A stretch of DNA of 64,000 bases, from IMG/VR virus record IMGVR_UViG_3300025671_000038; one strand, written 5' to 3'. The notes beneath the pieces were generated by a model. The model was not told where the DNA came from. It worked only from the letters and a program-made list of their open reading frames with translations, and searched no databases. Numbering within the stretch: the first letter of the stretch is position 1; every line of letters begins with the position of its first letter. Below are positions 16,877 to 27,659 of the stretch, one piece after another. The translations under genes and the position numbers were made by a program. Source of the stretch: a virus.

Positions 16877-17051
16877 TTTCTAGACCCTTTTTCTTCTCTA
16901 TCTCCAGAACGTACTCGTTGGATTCTATGGAGCCAATTATAGCATCCGGTCCGTAAAGATACCTCTCTAAAAATTTATCGTCGTCACCCATACTTTCCCG
17001 GATTTTCTGAAGCTCCTCCACCTCCGGCAAAAATCTTTTGTTAAATCCCAT
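16869..17051 (-). CDS. Hypothetical protein
   Basis: 60 aa, abuts the polymerase stop. Confidence 0.55.
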   Translation of the reverse strand: MGFNKRFLPEVEELQKIRESMGDDDKFLERYLYGPDAIIGSIESNEYVLEIEKKKGLENE

Positions 17052-17052
17052 A

Positions 17053-18198
17053 TTAGAAAAGAGTATTAATCATGAATAAGTTGGGACTTATTGGGTTATG
17101 CCCCATAACCTCTATGAATCTATTAATTGGATCAAGGATGGTTTTTGTAAATTGTTCGTCGAAGTCAATCGGGGGAGCAAATTCGTGTGGAAATGTCCCC
17201 TGTGCATAGGCAAAAACATTATTCTCTTTGATGTTTTTGGTCTTTACGAAATAAAACCTAACCTTCTCTCCACTTCCCAAGAGTGGATACTTATCCTTAA
17301 ACCTTGTTGAATTTAGCAAGTAGTTGTGGTAAGCAGAAGCTCTTACGTGTATCGGACACCCTTTAGCTACTTCCAGAGCCGTGGTGTCATTCAGCACGAA
17401 CTTTTCATAGTTATTAACCATGATCGCAGCTGATATATTTTCAGGTTCCTGTGCCTTAAAATCTTTCTTTATGCTCTTGAGCTCCTGTACAAATTCTCTA
17501 AGTTCAAACTTATTACCTCTGCTGAAAATAAATTTAGTTAGGTAGATGAGCTTCTCCCTTACGAACGAAGGTGTCCCTCCCTTAACCATCTCCACCCCCG
17601 TGGTCTTAATAGAGGTGAGAGGATCCGAGTGAACTCCGTCAGAATAAACTATATTGGTTACGTACTTCTTCTTACCAAGAAATATTCCGTTAATAGAGAG
17701 AGTCTCCATTTCGAAATCTTGGTAGTTGTCAGTACCCCATTTCTCAGCGTAGATGTCAAAACACTTCTTGAGGTAACCGACCAATCTATTTTCGTTTATG
17801 GCTAGTATTAGATCTTTGTCGCTTCCTTCCCAACCCTCACAGGAGGCTACAACCTCCTGAAACGTGACATAATTAGAATCAGTGTCCCCGTAAACTACCA
17901 TTGGCTTGTGGATCTTCTTCACAGAGGTTAAACCCAGCTTATCGTGAAGTTCCTTGTCCTTGTGCCAAAACTCGTGGAAATATTTATGAAGAATCTTCTC
18001 CGAGTGCTTGATTAAACTCTGGCCCTGAAGGGTAACAGCCTCAGCTACTTCGGGATTGAAGCAGACGAACCAGCTGTTACCAATTGCTCCATAGATAGAG
18101 TTCATGGTAAGCTTTATCGCTTGTTCCTCGTTCTTAAGCTCGTTTTTTAGAGCTGTAAGGGTTTCAATCTTCTTTTTTAATTCCTCTGCTTCCGACAT
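17053..18198 (-). CDS. Family B DNA polymerase, C-terminal subunit (gp43B-like)
   Basis: Motif B KLTMNSIYG; motif C YGDTDS; KKKY; TGVE; no exonuclease domain or motif A. Confidence 0.92.
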   Translation of the reverse strand: MSEAEELKKKIETLTALKNELKNEEQAIKLTMNSIYGAIGNSWFVCFNPEVAEAVTLQGQSLIKHSEKILHKYFHEFWHKDKELHDKLGLTSVKKIHKPMVVYGDTDSNYVTFQEVVASCEGWEGSDKDLILAINENRLVGYLKKCFDIYAEKWGTDNYQDFEMETLSINGIFLGKKKYVTNIVYSDGVHSDPLTSIKTTGVEMVKGGTPSFVREKLIYLTKFIFSRGNKFELREFVQELKSIKKDFKAQEPENISAAIMVNNYEKFVLNDTTALEVAKGCPIHVRASAYHNYLLNSTRFKDKYPLLGSGEKVRFYFVKTKNIKENNVFAYAQGTFPHEFAPPIDFDEQFTKTILDPINRFIEVMGHNPISPNLFMINTLF

Positions 18199-18204
18199 GA
18201 TCTA

Positions 18205-18963
18205 TTATTTCTCTATGATACCGACTGCAGTCGAAGTGTCTGATTGCTCTGAGAAGAAGACAATTCTGTTCTCATGCAGGTAACACCCGCAAGTCTCAGT
18301 ATCTACATAGTTAAGGTGTGATTTATAGATCGATGATTCAGTACTTCCGTCAACTGAGATTTCGTCGGATCCTATGTTCAGCTTATAGTTAAACGAATCC
18401 CCGTTAATCTTCACGCTATTGTCTTCTACCTTGTAGACAAGCAGTTCCTCAGAATTACTCTCAAGACCGCACAAAGCCATAACTGACGAAAAATCCGAAC
18501 TGTAGATTTTAAAGTTGGAGAGGGCGTCTTCTTTCGAGTGAACTATGGAAAGTATATTGTCCTCAACATAGGATATAAGGGAGAGATCCGCACATCTGAT
18601 CTTGATCTGCAGGGAATTCGAAACGACTCGAAGCTGTGTAGCCACACACTCTCCCTCGACTTCAGAAACCTCCAGGTCGAGATGTATATCCTCCTCGGGT
18701 CTGAAATGCTTGAAGCAATCCATGAGTCTTGTGACATCAATTAAACCTATCTTTATTCTATCACAGGTCCCATCCAATTCAGGCATTTCATCAAATACCT
18801 GATCAACATCTACCGCTGAGTATTTCATCACGGACTTGTCGGGGGTGTGGACCTTACAAAAGAGCTTCTCGCTGTCCAATTCGAGGAGAACACTCTTATC
18901 AACAACCTTCAACTTTTTCAGAAAGGAAATGAGGTTGCTGGTACTGGTTACTCTAATTTGCAT
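18205..18963 (-). CDS. DNA polymerase sliding clamp (T4 gp45-like)
   Basis: 252 aa, acidic, alternating beta/alpha pattern; directly upstream of the polymerase subunit. Confidence 0.6.
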   Translation of the reverse strand: MQIRVTSTSNLISFLKKLKVVDKSVLLELDSEKLFCKVHTPDKSVMKYSAVDVDQVFDEMPELDGTCDRIKIGLIDVTRLMDCFKHFRPEEDIHLDLEVSEVEGECVATQLRVVSNSLQIKIRCADLSLISYVEDNILSIVHSKEDALSNFKIYSSDFSSVMALCGLESNSEELLVYKVEDNSVKINGDSFNYKLNIGSDEISVDGSTESSIYKSHLNYVDTETCGCYLHENRIVFFSEQSDTSTAVGIIEK

Positions 18964-19020
18964 CTCTTAATTATTTACACGTTGTATAGCGATTAAGAGA
19001 ATTGTTTTCGATTAACACAA

Positions 19021-19047
19021 AAAAATCCCGACAAATTGCCGGGATTT
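19021..19047. terminator. Intrinsic terminator
   Basis: AAAAATCCCG-ACAAATTGC-CGGGATTT. Confidence 0.6.
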
Positions 19048-19067
19048 GGATCCTATTATATTTTGGC

Positions 19068-19997
19068 TTATTTCATCCCGGTGGATCTAATCGTATCTAT
19101 GATGACTTGCTTAGTTGCTGGATCCAAGGTCTGAGCCCATTTTCTTATCGATTGGACATCGGTGCGTATTGGGGCTTGGTTACTAGATCCAGATCTACTG
19201 GAAGATTTAGATTTAGCAAGATCTGCGCTAAAAGAAGAAAGCTTCTTCTCTATTTCTGCGAAAGATCTCTTCGCATCGGGGGATTGTATATCAGATTGCA
19301 GATCCTCTATGTTTCCGTCCTCTACTTCATCTTTTTTAAGAAGCTGGAAATCTATCTTCTCCCCGCTAAGTCTAGAATTAAGATCAGTAAATAAGTCAGA
19401 TAGCATCTTATTGAATACCTCAACTTTTTTACCACCAAAAAGTTTAGAGAATGAGTTACCCATTAGCTCCACAAGCATATTGGCCTGTTCCTCTACAACA
19501 GGTTTATAAACAGAATAAGTATCCAGTGCATCAGCTAATCCTTCCATTGCTTCATCATAGGAGGTCTCAGAGGATAGGGTGACGTATTTTTTTAGAAGTA
19601 GTCTTTCGGGAGAACTGAATTCCTCCCATATTTTGGGCCAAGCTTCTTTCCAGAACTGCTGTGGAGTTATATCTTTCACCTCTACAACATCCTGTCCCTC
19701 ATATTTAATTTCTGGTAATACGTAAGGGATCAGTGCGGGAAATATCTTTTTAGCCATCCTATTAAAGGCTACATCAAAGATCTTCTTATGTGCATCCTTT
19801 TCTATGTCTTCTTTCGAAACCTCCCTAATGTTTTCCAACCAGGTATCAACAACATCCATGGCAAGCTCGTATGGCTTTATGGGCTGTTTATTTATCTTGA
19901 TCTCCTTATCCAGAGGGAGTCCTGATTTACCCCAGTCTACCTGAAGTTCCTCGTTGATTGCGGTCAAAAAATAATGGTCGACGTAATCGTTTATCAT
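19068..19997 (-). CDS. Hypothetical late protein
   Basis: 309 aa; MINDYVDHYFLTAINEE; GATATATA at 20020-20027. Confidence 0.7.
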   Translation of the reverse strand: MINDYVDHYFLTAINEELQVDWGKSGLPLDKEIKINKQPIKPYELAMDVVDTWLENIREVSKEDIEKDAHKKIFDVAFNRMAKKIFPALIPYVLPEIKYEGQDVVEVKDITPQQFWKEAWPKIWEEFSSPERLLLKKYVTLSSETSYDEAMEGLADALDTYSVYKPVVEEQANMLVELMGNSFSKLFGGKKVEVFNKMLSDLFTDLNSRLSGEKIDFQLLKKDEVEDGNIEDLQSDIQSPDAKRSFAEIEKKLSSFSADLAKSKSSSRSGSSNQAPIRTDVQSIRKWAQTLDPATKQVIIDTIRSTGMK

Positions 19998-20018
19998 ATC
20001 GGAGTGATATATTTTGAC

Positions 20019-21428
20019 TTATATATCATCCTCTTCGTCCACTAATTCAAAGATCTCCACATCAGGATCTATCTCCTTCGGGGTTCTAACATTCGATTTG
20101 GGAAGGAGTGAAGCCGCCTTAGTCTTTTTGAGAAGAGCAGTTACCTTTTTAACCACAGTCTCCTGCTTTTTAATTAGGGCTCTAGTTTTCTTAATTTCCC
20201 CCTTGATCCTCTTTATCTCGTTTTCGGTTTCCTTGATGTGATCCGATGAAAGTTTTACTATCTGTATAGCTGATAGTTTTTGTGATATCCACTTTTTGAA
20301 TTTGGACAAGAAATCCAGGATCTCGCTATTTTTCCTTTTCTTCTCGCTCATATAAATGAGGAACTTCAATTTAGCTTCTAGGAATTCCAGATCAAGGTTC
20401 AGATTAACCTCGTCTCTTATTAACCTCTTCAGGCGTACATTTTCAAGGTGAGCCCTGAAGGCATCAAGATATTCTTTCACAGAATCAAACTGAGCCACAA
20501 GTCCATCCTTTATGAAAACGACATCCTCCTTTACTACTATCTTGGTTTGTTTTTTAATTAGCTCAACTGCTGAATCAAAATCCTTAGTTGGGACCTTGTT
20601 TAGATGGACAGTCACATCACATGTACTTTGTGAGTTGTTGTTAACTCTAAATTCCCAGTCGGTAAGATCCAGTTTAGATAGTAGCTTCTTCATGAACGAG
20701 TCGTACCTCATTACCGGAGGCAGATCGAAGATTCTAACCGTCTTTCTGGTTTTATTTACCTCAAATCCGCTTTCTAGGATCCATATATTGTCCTCTGGAC
20801 CTACCTTATAGATCTTACCATTAAAGTCCTTGAAATATGGCTTTAAAAGCTTGTTTTTTCCCTCTAGATACTCCACTATATCTTCCATCTTCCGCGGTAG
20901 GATATTGCTTCTATACCCAACAGCAATTCCCACTACATGGGTGAGAAGTCCTATCGGTATTTCTAGATGTATCCAGTCGTGCCCACCTTCCTCGTTTTTT
21001 TCATTAAGGTCTTCGTGACGCTTAACTATTTCCTTGATGTTACGATTTATTCTAACCGAGGTATATCGGGGAGCTGAAGGGTTAGGGTTAACTGGGGATC
21101 CAAAAAATCCATCACCCTCCAGTATTGTATGCGAGCATCCGAACGGGCGAGCTAGCTTTGATATAGCACCGGCTAAGGAAGAATCACCATGGTGATAAAG
21201 CCCTGTCCTTATTACCTCCCCCACTAGTCCTACCGTCTTGTTAAAGGAGTTTGGAGAATTCTCTATAATTATTCTCTGTACCGGAGTAAGGGAGTCATAG
21301 AAATTAGGTATTCCACGAGCTTGCAAGACGTATAATGCATATTCCCTATACTTCTGATTTATCTGGTCTGTTATGGTTAAAGTAGAACTCAAATCTAATC
21401 TATTTTGTAACTTCTTTACTTTGAGCAA
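20019..21428 (-). CDS. DNA topoisomerase II, GyrA/ParC-like subunit (T4 gp52-like)
   Basis: RGIPNFYDSLTPVQR; YHHGDSS; APRYT catalytic Tyr. Confidence 0.9.
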   Translation of the reverse strand: MLKVKKLQNRLDLSSTLTITDQINQKYREYALYVLQARGIPNFYDSLTPVQRIIIENSPNSFNKTVGLVGEVIRTGLYHHGDSSLAGAISKLARPFGCSHTILEGDGFFGSPVNPNPSAPRYTSVRINRNIKEIVKRHEDLNEKNEEGGHDWIHLEIPIGLLTHVVGIAVGYRSNILPRKMEDIVEYLEGKNKLLKPYFKDFNGKIYKVGPEDNIWILESGFEVNKTRKTVRIFDLPPVMRYDSFMKKLLSKLDLTDWEFRVNNNSQSTCDVTVHLNKVPTKDFDSAVELIKKQTKIVVKEDVVFIKDGLVAQFDSVKEYLDAFRAHLENVRLKRLIRDEVNLNLDLEFLEAKLKFLIYMSEKKRKNSEILDFLSKFKKWISQKLSAIQIVKLSSDHIKETENEIKRIKGEIKKTRALIKKQETVVKKVTALLKKTKAASLLPKSNVRTPKEIDPDVEIFELVDEEDDI

Positions 21429-21536
21429 AGGATTTTGTTTCTACAATACACGGACAAAACCCTGCGGAATACTTTCACGGGTAACCCCGACCTGCGAAGA
21501 TCAATTAGAAAAGAGATGTGGACTAATGAAAGAATC

Positions 21537-22766
21537 TTACCCCCTGGAGGCAATTACTGACTCTACCTTATTACGTGCATCCGACTTTAGATCGTCAAGT
21601 TCTAAGACGTAAACATCAACCTTCTTCTGGTTATTATCGCTAAGAGCATTAAGTGTATCTCTGAGCCCGTCGGGATTTTGAAAAACCAGACATCCTGCGG
21701 AATAACTATCTATTCTTTCCGATCCAGAGCTTCCAGCTTTGTGTATATTAATACCAAACTTGCCTGACTCAGCATTACCTGGGGAATACGTGGTGAACTT
21801 AGCATCCTTAGGATCCAAAACAGGGATATATCTCTGCACTGTTACACTTCCGTCTTGGACCAACGCTTTATATCCCTTATGATTACCAACCTTATATGAA
21901 TATTTTCCAGGCTGAAGTATGGCGAGACCCTTAGGGTTTATCGAAGAATTTGGGTTAGCAGCAACATACCAGTTCCTGAAAGGAACCGCTAAGTAAAGTG
22001 GACTAGGCGTAGTTGTGGCCCTGAAGACATCAACTTCCTTATCGTCCTCCGGGTTCATTACCATTATCCAATCCGTGAAGTGGTTTTGGTGTCCATTTTT
22101 CTCGGATATTTTATTACGGACTGCAATGATATTCACTTCGTCAGTATCTACCTTATATCCTTCATCCTCCAATGCTTTATTAATAGCATCCCACCTTTCT
22201 TCCGAATTACCAACCCGGTAACTCCTTTTGTCTTTTAATGATCCATAATCATATGGGGAGCTAGATGGCAAAAGATTATAATCTGGCTGAAGAACCATGC
22301 TATCATCTTCAGCTGCCTTCTTTATAGTCTCGACGTTTGTTTCAAATTCCTCCTTACTCTTCCGGGATCTATTGAGCTTGTTTAAGATTGATCCTACCGT
22401 TAAGGGAGAGTCTGAAATAGCTTCCTGCGATATCCCCTGTTGTGCAATATAGTCTGGGTTGTCTGCTAGAAATTTACCAAGACTAGCACCAGCCGAAGTA
22501 GCTAATAAGAGATCTATAGCCTTTATTTTCCCGATATCCGTAACCCCGGGTGCATCGACCTCTTGCTGATTTACACTAGAGCCACCTGATCTCCCACCTG
22601 GTGAAGTTGCTTGATTTAACCCTTTGTTGATTCTATCGGTACTCTGCTGAATTTGATTCAGAAAAGATCCAAGCTGGGCATCCCCTGGGTTAATCTCGGA
22701 ACCTGGTCCTCCTTCGTTTAGAACATCCTCAGTAAACTCTCTAAAATTAAATATCTTACCTCCCAT
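21537..22766 (-). CDS. Probable virion protein with C-terminal L,D-transpeptidase (YkuD)-like domain
   Basis: FGINIHKAG...IDSYSAGCLVF (His...Cys); capsid-targeting-like MGGKIFNFREFTEDVLNE. Confidence 0.7.
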   Translation of the reverse strand: MGGKIFNFREFTEDVLNEGGPGSEINPGDAQLGSFLNQIQQSTDRINKGLNQATSPGGRSGGSSVNQQEVDAPGVTDIGKIKAIDLLLATSAGASLGKFLADNPDYIAQQGISQEAISDSPLTVGSILNKLNRSRKSKEEFETNVETIKKAAEDDSMVLQPDYNLLPSSSPYDYGSLKDKRSYRVGNSEERWDAINKALEDEGYKVDTDEVNIIAVRNKISEKNGHQNHFTDWIMVMNPEDDKEVDVFRATTTPSPLYLAVPFRNWYVAANPNSSINPKGLAILQPGKYSYKVGNHKGYKALVQDGSVTVQRYIPVLDPKDAKFTTYSPGNAESGKFGINIHKAGSSGSERIDSYSAGCLVFQNPDGLRDTLNALSDNNQKKVDVYVLELDDLKSDARNKVESVIASRG

Positions 22767-22813
22767 TAAAAGATCAATCTATTTAATCTATTTATCTAAC
22801 CCACGGGATTTTT

Positions 22814-23143
22814 CTATTCCTTTATTAGATAAACTATCAGAGAATCCAACAAGACACTAATCCCGCTATTTAGAAACCCGTAAGCCAAGCAGATCACAAA
22901 ATCCGTAGCCAATCCATAATCCACCAAGAACCAAGGATCCATAGGGTTTCTAACAAATCCGATAACAGTAAGAAGACCCAAGAAAACCCCAACCCAAAAA
23001 CCACTACACTGTATGCAGGTTAACAATTTGGAAAGGCTTGGATGCTTAACTTGCAAATAAGCCCGGGGTCGGTCGAATATCGTCCCATTTACAAGTATAC
23101 TAGTAATTGACCAGCCAACGATTAGTAGAGTTATAGATTCCAT
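22814..23143 (-). CDS. DUF1360-like membrane protein
   Basis: LLTCIQCSGFWVG flanked by hydrophobic helices. Confidence 0.6.
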   Translation of the reverse strand: MESITLLIVGWSITSILVNGTIFDRPRAYLQVKHPSLSKLLTCIQCSGFWVGVFLGLLTVIGFVRNPMDPWFLVDYGLATDFVICLAYGFLNSGISVLLDSLIVYLIKE

Positions 23144-24169
23144 CTAGAATATGTCTTTATATTGTTCTAAGAATTGTTTCTGCTCTTCTGAAAGGACTGC
23201 AGGTACTGAAACGTCTATCCTAACCAATATATCACCCCGGTAATTGTTACCGAATTCGGGCACCCCCTTTCCCGCTAATCTGAATATCTTCCCTGGACTA
23301 GTCCCCGGGGGTATGGTTATCTTGTATTCACCGCCAGCTGAAATATTGGGTATATTGATCTCTTTACCTAGACAAACCTCGGGAAAGGTCAAGGTCTCAG
23401 AGCAGATGAGATTTAGTCCATCTCTTTTATAATATGGATGAGGTTGATCGAAAACGCTAATAATCAAATCACCAGGGTCGGATGGAGATTTAGCCATATC
23501 TCCCTTACCTGGTAAGGTAAAGCTTATCCCAGAAACCGATCCCTTCGGAATATTGATCTCCACCTGGTCTTGTCTTCTCTCCGTCCCCTGTCCGTGGCAG
23601 GAAGGGCAGGTAGTTTTTGGTATCTTCCCTGTTCCCGAGCAAGAATAGCAGGTCTCGTCCATAGCTATCTGCCCAAAATTGCTATTAACTATCTTTCTCT
23701 TTACCCCAACACCACCACAAACGTGGCAAGTATCCATGTTTCCATCTTTAGCTCCCGTTCCCTGACAGGGCTTGCACTGCATTCTCCTAAAAACATTCGC
23801 GGATTTCTTTGAGCCGTTTATAACCTCCTCAAGGGTTATCTCCACTCTAGCGTTAATGTTTTTACCTCTTTTGATTATCTCCTGTTCGGAGAATCCACCA
23901 AATGGGTTAAACCCTCCAGTGAAAGGATTACCGGAGGTAAATGGATTACCTGAAGTAAATGGATTTGGTCTGTCGTAATCCCTCCTCTTTTGGGGATTTC
24001 CTAAAGTCTCGTAAGCCTCAGCTATTTCCTTAAACTTGCTCTCAGATTCCTTGTCGTTACCAGTTTTATCTGGGTGATATTTCTGGACAAGCTTTCGGTA
24101 GGATTTTTTTATTTCCTCCTGAGTGGCTCCTCTCTGAACATTTAAAATCTTGTAGTAGTCCTTTCCCAT
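23144..24169 (-). CDS. dnaJ: DnaJ chaperone
   Basis: J domain with HPD; four CxxCxGxG repeats; C-terminal GKGVP...GDILV. Confidence 0.95.
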   Translation of the reverse strand: MGKDYYKILNVQRGATQEEIKKSYRKLVQKYHPDKTGNDKESESKFKEIAEAYETLGNPQKRRDYDRPNPFTSGNPFTSGNPFTGGFNPFGGFSEQEIIKRGKNINARVEITLEEVINGSKKSANVFRRMQCKPCQGTGAKDGNMDTCHVCGGVGVKRKIVNSNFGQIAMDETCYSCSGTGKIPKTTCPSCHGQGTERRQDQVEINIPKGSVSGISFTLPGKGDMAKSPSDPGDLIISVFDQPHPYYKRDGLNLICSETLTFPEVCLGKEINIPNISAGGEYKITIPPGTSPGKIFRLAGKGVPEFGNNYRGDILVRIDVSVPAVLSEEQKQFLEQYKDIF

Positions 24170-24176
24170 TATGTAA

Positions 24177-24524
24177 CTAGAAAGATGACTTAAGCCACTC
24201 TCTAATTACCATCTCTTTCCCTCGATCTGAATCCGGCACATTTTGCCACTTGGAAACGAGCTCCTCCTTTAGCGATAAGATCTCACCACAAATCTCGTAG
24301 CTCTCTTCATTTTCCCAGTATTTACACATCTTGCTACAAAAATCCGAAATCTGATCCTTGCTCGAAAAGATGTATACAAATTCCTGGCTTTGCCCTCTTA
24401 GTGCTTCCAAAAAAAGATCCTGGACAGCTCTTTCGACGTGGCATTTTAGTACGGAAAGTTGTGGATGGTCTTCGAAAGAAGATCTCCAATCGGGGAAATG
24501 CTGGTTGTCGAAAGATAGATTCAT
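24177..24524 (-). CDS. Hypothetical protein
   Basis: 115 aa, operon-spaced. Confidence 0.6.
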   Translation of the reverse strand: MNLSFDNQHFPDWRSSFEDHPQLSVLKCHVERAVQDLFLEALRGQSQEFVYIFSSKDQISDFCSKMCKYWENEESYEICGEILSLKEELVSKWQNVPDSDRGKEMVIREWLKSSF

Positions 24525-24531
24525 GCCGGTT

Positions 24532-24795
24532 TTATTTAAGGGTGTCTAGAAATGTATATATCTCTATATAAATTTCCTGTTCGCTCAAATCTAGATAATT
24601 TATGTTTAGTTTTTCTAATGCCCAATCAGTTTTTTTTGAACCGAACCTTTCAAATAAAACTTCCTTCTTGATCTGAGCCTCCATCTTAGAATCCCTATGG
24701 TATGTAACACCGGATTCTTTCAAGGAGAGAATCCTCTCCTCGAATTCCCTTAACCTTTCATAATCTTCTTTCTTTAGCTCTACCTTTCCTGACAT
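24532..24795 (-). CDS. Hypothetical protein
   Basis: 87 aa, overlaps the uvsE stop. Confidence 0.55.
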   Translation of the reverse strand: MSGKVELKKEDYERLREFEERILSLKESGVTYHRDSKMEAQIKKEVLFERFGSKKTDWALEKLNINYLDLSEQEIYIEIYTFLDTLK

Positions 24796-25727
24796 ATGAT
24801 TTCCTCGATATTAGAATGGTAATGAAGAAGTGCTTTGTCCTTCATTTTAACCTCTAATTCTATATCGAAGTTGTGTCCATATGTTTCGATCCTTTCGTGG
24901 ATCCAATCTGAGTGTGCTAGCTCTTTCGCAGAATCATCTTCGAACAGAGCTCTAGACTCGGAAAAATGGGTTAATGGAGTTATATCTACGGGCCAGGTTG
25001 ACAGACAAACTAGAAGTGATTCCTCCTCCGATAAACCTTCCGGGGGATTACATTGGTTGTGGAGATAATCGAATGTAACAGGTATCCCTATAACATCATG
25101 TACCATTTTCTTCAAGTCAACCGAGGTATATTGAGATCTTTTATCGTCCACCTCAACAACCAGTCTTTTTTTGACAGATTCTGGCAGGAGGGAGAAATTC
25201 TGACAGAACCTGGCAGCAGCCTCCTCCTTGCTTGGCTTGGTAGTGTTAACATGGATGTTTATGGGATAGTTTAGATTTCTCTCCAGTCCCATCAGATCCA
25301 TGATTTCTCCGTGTTGGCTTAACTCCTTAACAGCGTTGCGAACTACGTCATCTCTGAGAGAAGCAAGAACACCATAAGGGGAAGGGTGAAATGTTATTCT
25401 CTGGTTTCCCCGCATAGCTATTTCTCCAGCAAGTACGAGGTAGGACTTGATTTCTTCAAAATCTGGTAGATCCTCCAACTCATACTCGGAGCACCAAGGG
25501 AACATATCAGAACTCATTCTATACATCTTTATCCCCTGTTCATTATTCCAGGAAATTATTGTACAAAGGTCCTTCACATTGAGCAATGCCAGCTCCGAAA
25601 CATAGTCCAACCCTCTTGACAAGAATGTCTTTTTGGTCATGGATCGATTTGTAGTAATCCTATCCTTCTTCCCTTTACCCTCTGACAAGCTTAAATTAAT
25701 GCAACAATATCCATATCTTCTCTCCAT
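24780..25727 (-). CDS. uvsE: UV-damage endonuclease UvsE/UVDE
   Basis: GYCCIN; MYRMSSDMFP; RITFHP; INIHV; FDYLHN; HFSES; HSD; LEVKMKD. TATGTTTG promoter at 25732-25739. Confidence 0.92.
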   Translation of the reverse strand: MERRYGYCCINLSLSEGKGKKDRITTNRSMTKKTFLSRGLDYVSELALLNVKDLCTIISWNNEQGIKMYRMSSDMFPWCSEYELEDLPDFEEIKSYLVLAGEIAMRGNQRITFHPSPYGVLASLRDDVVRNAVKELSQHGEIMDLMGLERNLNYPINIHVNTTKPSKEEAAARFCQNFSLLPESVKKRLVVEVDDKRSQYTSVDLKKMVHDVIGIPVTFDYLHNQCNPPEGLSEEESLLVCLSTWPVDITPLTHFSESRALFEDDSAKELAHSDWIHERIETYGHNFDIELEVKMKDKALLHYHSNIEEIICQER

Positions 25728-25765
25728 ACGACAAACATAAGATTACTAACCGGGCTAAAAAAATA

Positions 25766-27550
25766 TCAAGCGAGGGAAGACAGCCAAGCTTTCCTTGCTT
25801 CCGAGGATTTACCAAAAGCCATCTCTAACATCGCGGAAGATTTTCTGTCCTTCACGATATTGGTTAGCTTCTTATTCTTCATCACATAGTCCCAATCGTC
25901 CAAAGACAATGAACCGAGTCCCTTAAGATATCTTACACCGGAAACACGGGAACTCTTTGACTCCTTCTTAAAATCATCCAGAGAGTAGAAATATTTTTTG
26001 GACCTCTCCCCGATAGAAACCAGCGGAGTTTCCAGAAAATACAACATTCTCTTTTCTACAATCCAGGGGAACCATCTGAAGAACAGGCTAATGAGAAGAG
26101 ATGTAATGTGAGCTCCATCCGGATCCTGATCTGTCGCTATCACGATGTTCTGATATGGACATCTGAGATTCGAATTTTCCGGATCCAAGTTGAGTATCTG
26201 CATCAATTCCAGGATCTCCTTATTCTCTGCCAAATCCGACAGGCTCCTGGCATTCTTAATTTTACCCTTCAAAGCATATACTCCATCACGGGAAGGGTTT
26301 CTTTTTTGCAATATAGAACCCATAGCGCTAAGACCCTCCACAATAAATAGATTCTGAGCTGCCCTTGATGCAGGTGGGAAGTACTTATGCGAGTACTTCA
26401 CATTTACGCTTTTCTTTTCCCTTCTGATTTTCTTAAGGTTTGATTCCTTTTTTCTTTTTTCTACTTTGTCCCTTACCTTCTTATACAGAGGGGTGGTAAA
26501 GAATTTCTTTAGGGATCCACTAAAAGAATTCAATATTATATCCTCAACCTCTTCCCTCCTTGAGACGAATTTGGTCTTATTTTGATCACCAAACTTTACC
26601 CTCCCGGGAGGCAAATTCAATATCAAGCAGAAGTCATAGAAATGGTGAGCCAGAGAATCGTCCAGGGTTCCGTTAATCTGATCCATAATAATCTTCTGGT
26701 GTATCCCAGTACAGGTAGCTGAATTTACAAAGGACACAGATCCCGAATCGTCCACCTTTTCCCAGATGAGAAGTTCACCAATCTTAGTCTTGTAAGAAAG
26801 CTGCTGGAAAACTCTAGTATCGATGGGTATATCGTTACCATCCCAGATGAAGTGTATCTTTATTCCCTTAGTGTTGTCCTCTGTCTCTAACACTCTCTTC
26901 TTCAGTAGTAGCAGAGACCTTAAAATGTCTTTGTTCCATTTGCAATTATCAAATATCTTTGATAACGGAGTAAAGCTTACAGTGGTCCCCAGCTTTTTCC
27001 TTCCTCTCTTAAGAACCTTGGGTTGTGTTGGCTTAAAGTTGTTCCATTCCTGAAAATAATACTCCTTAGGACTGGTAGTTTCTATGGAGAAATAGCTAGA
27101 CATGGCGTTAACTAAGCTAACCCCCATTCCGTTGGTCCCTATTAGTGTTTCCGAGATGTCCTCATTATCAAAGTTAGAGCCAGCTCTCAACATAGAGACT
27201 GCAGTAGCAACATTGGACATGCCGCTTTTCTTGTTAATTGCAGATGCGTTGATAAAACCCTCACCCGAATCAGTTATGCGAATGGTGTTAGCCTTCGAGT
27301 CAACCTCCACGCTGATGTGATCCATTGATTTTTTCATCCTCTTTGCTTCGTCGACGGAGTTAGAAAAAACTTCATCGAAGAGCTTGTACATACCGACTGA
27401 TATGTTATAGGGGACCAGTCTTATTTTATCCTTATCAACTATCGGAATTTGTTCTTCCGTTACCTTCACGGAGCCAACGTAGATAGTGGGCCTTTTTAAT
27501 ATGTGCTCAAAATCTGAAAGAACCTGTATGCTTTTATTAGCATTCTTCAT
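25766..27550 (-). CDS. DNA topoisomerase II, GyrB/ParE-like subunit (T4 gp39+60-like)
   Basis: EHILKRPTIYVGS; FDEVFSNSVDE; NGMGVS; Toprim LFIVEGLSA and TDQDPDG; YLKGLGS. Confidence 0.93.
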   Translation of the reverse strand: MKNANKSIQVLSDFEHILKRPTIYVGSVKVTEEQIPIVDKDKIRLVPYNISVGMYKLFDEVFSNSVDEAKRMKKSMDHISVEVDSKANTIRITDSGEGFINASAINKKSGMSNVATAVSMLRAGSNFDNEDISETLIGTNGMGVSLVNAMSSYFSIETTSPKEYYFQEWNNFKPTQPKVLKRGRKKLGTTVSFTPLSKIFDNCKWNKDILRSLLLLKKRVLETEDNTKGIKIHFIWDGNDIPIDTRVFQQLSYKTKIGELLIWEKVDDSGSVSFVNSATCTGIHQKIIMDQINGTLDDSLAHHFYDFCLILNLPPGRVKFGDQNKTKFVSRREEVEDIILNSFSGSLKKFFTTPLYKKVRDKVEKRKKESNLKKIRREKKSVNVKYSHKYFPPASRAAQNLFIVEGLSAMGSILQKRNPSRDGVYALKGKIKNARSLSDLAENKEILELMQILNLDPENSNLRCPYQNIVIATDQDPDGAHITSLLISLFFRWFPWIVEKRMLYFLETPLVSIGERSKKYFYSLDDFKKESKSSRVSGVRYLKGLGSLSLDDWDYVMKNKKLTNIVKDRKSSAMLEMAFGKSSEARKAWLSSLA

Positions 27551-27659
27551 ACTTCATCTATATTTGTCCCAAGTTATACGGTTACCCTTAATTATTATTT
27601 CGACAAAAAAAGGGGATACAATCTGTATCCCCTTCGGTGTTAATCTAATAAATCAGCTA

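Noticed and set aside
17053-18198. Split intein joining the polymerase halves
   Set aside because: No N-terminal Cys/Ser block or C-terminal His-Asn at the split ends.
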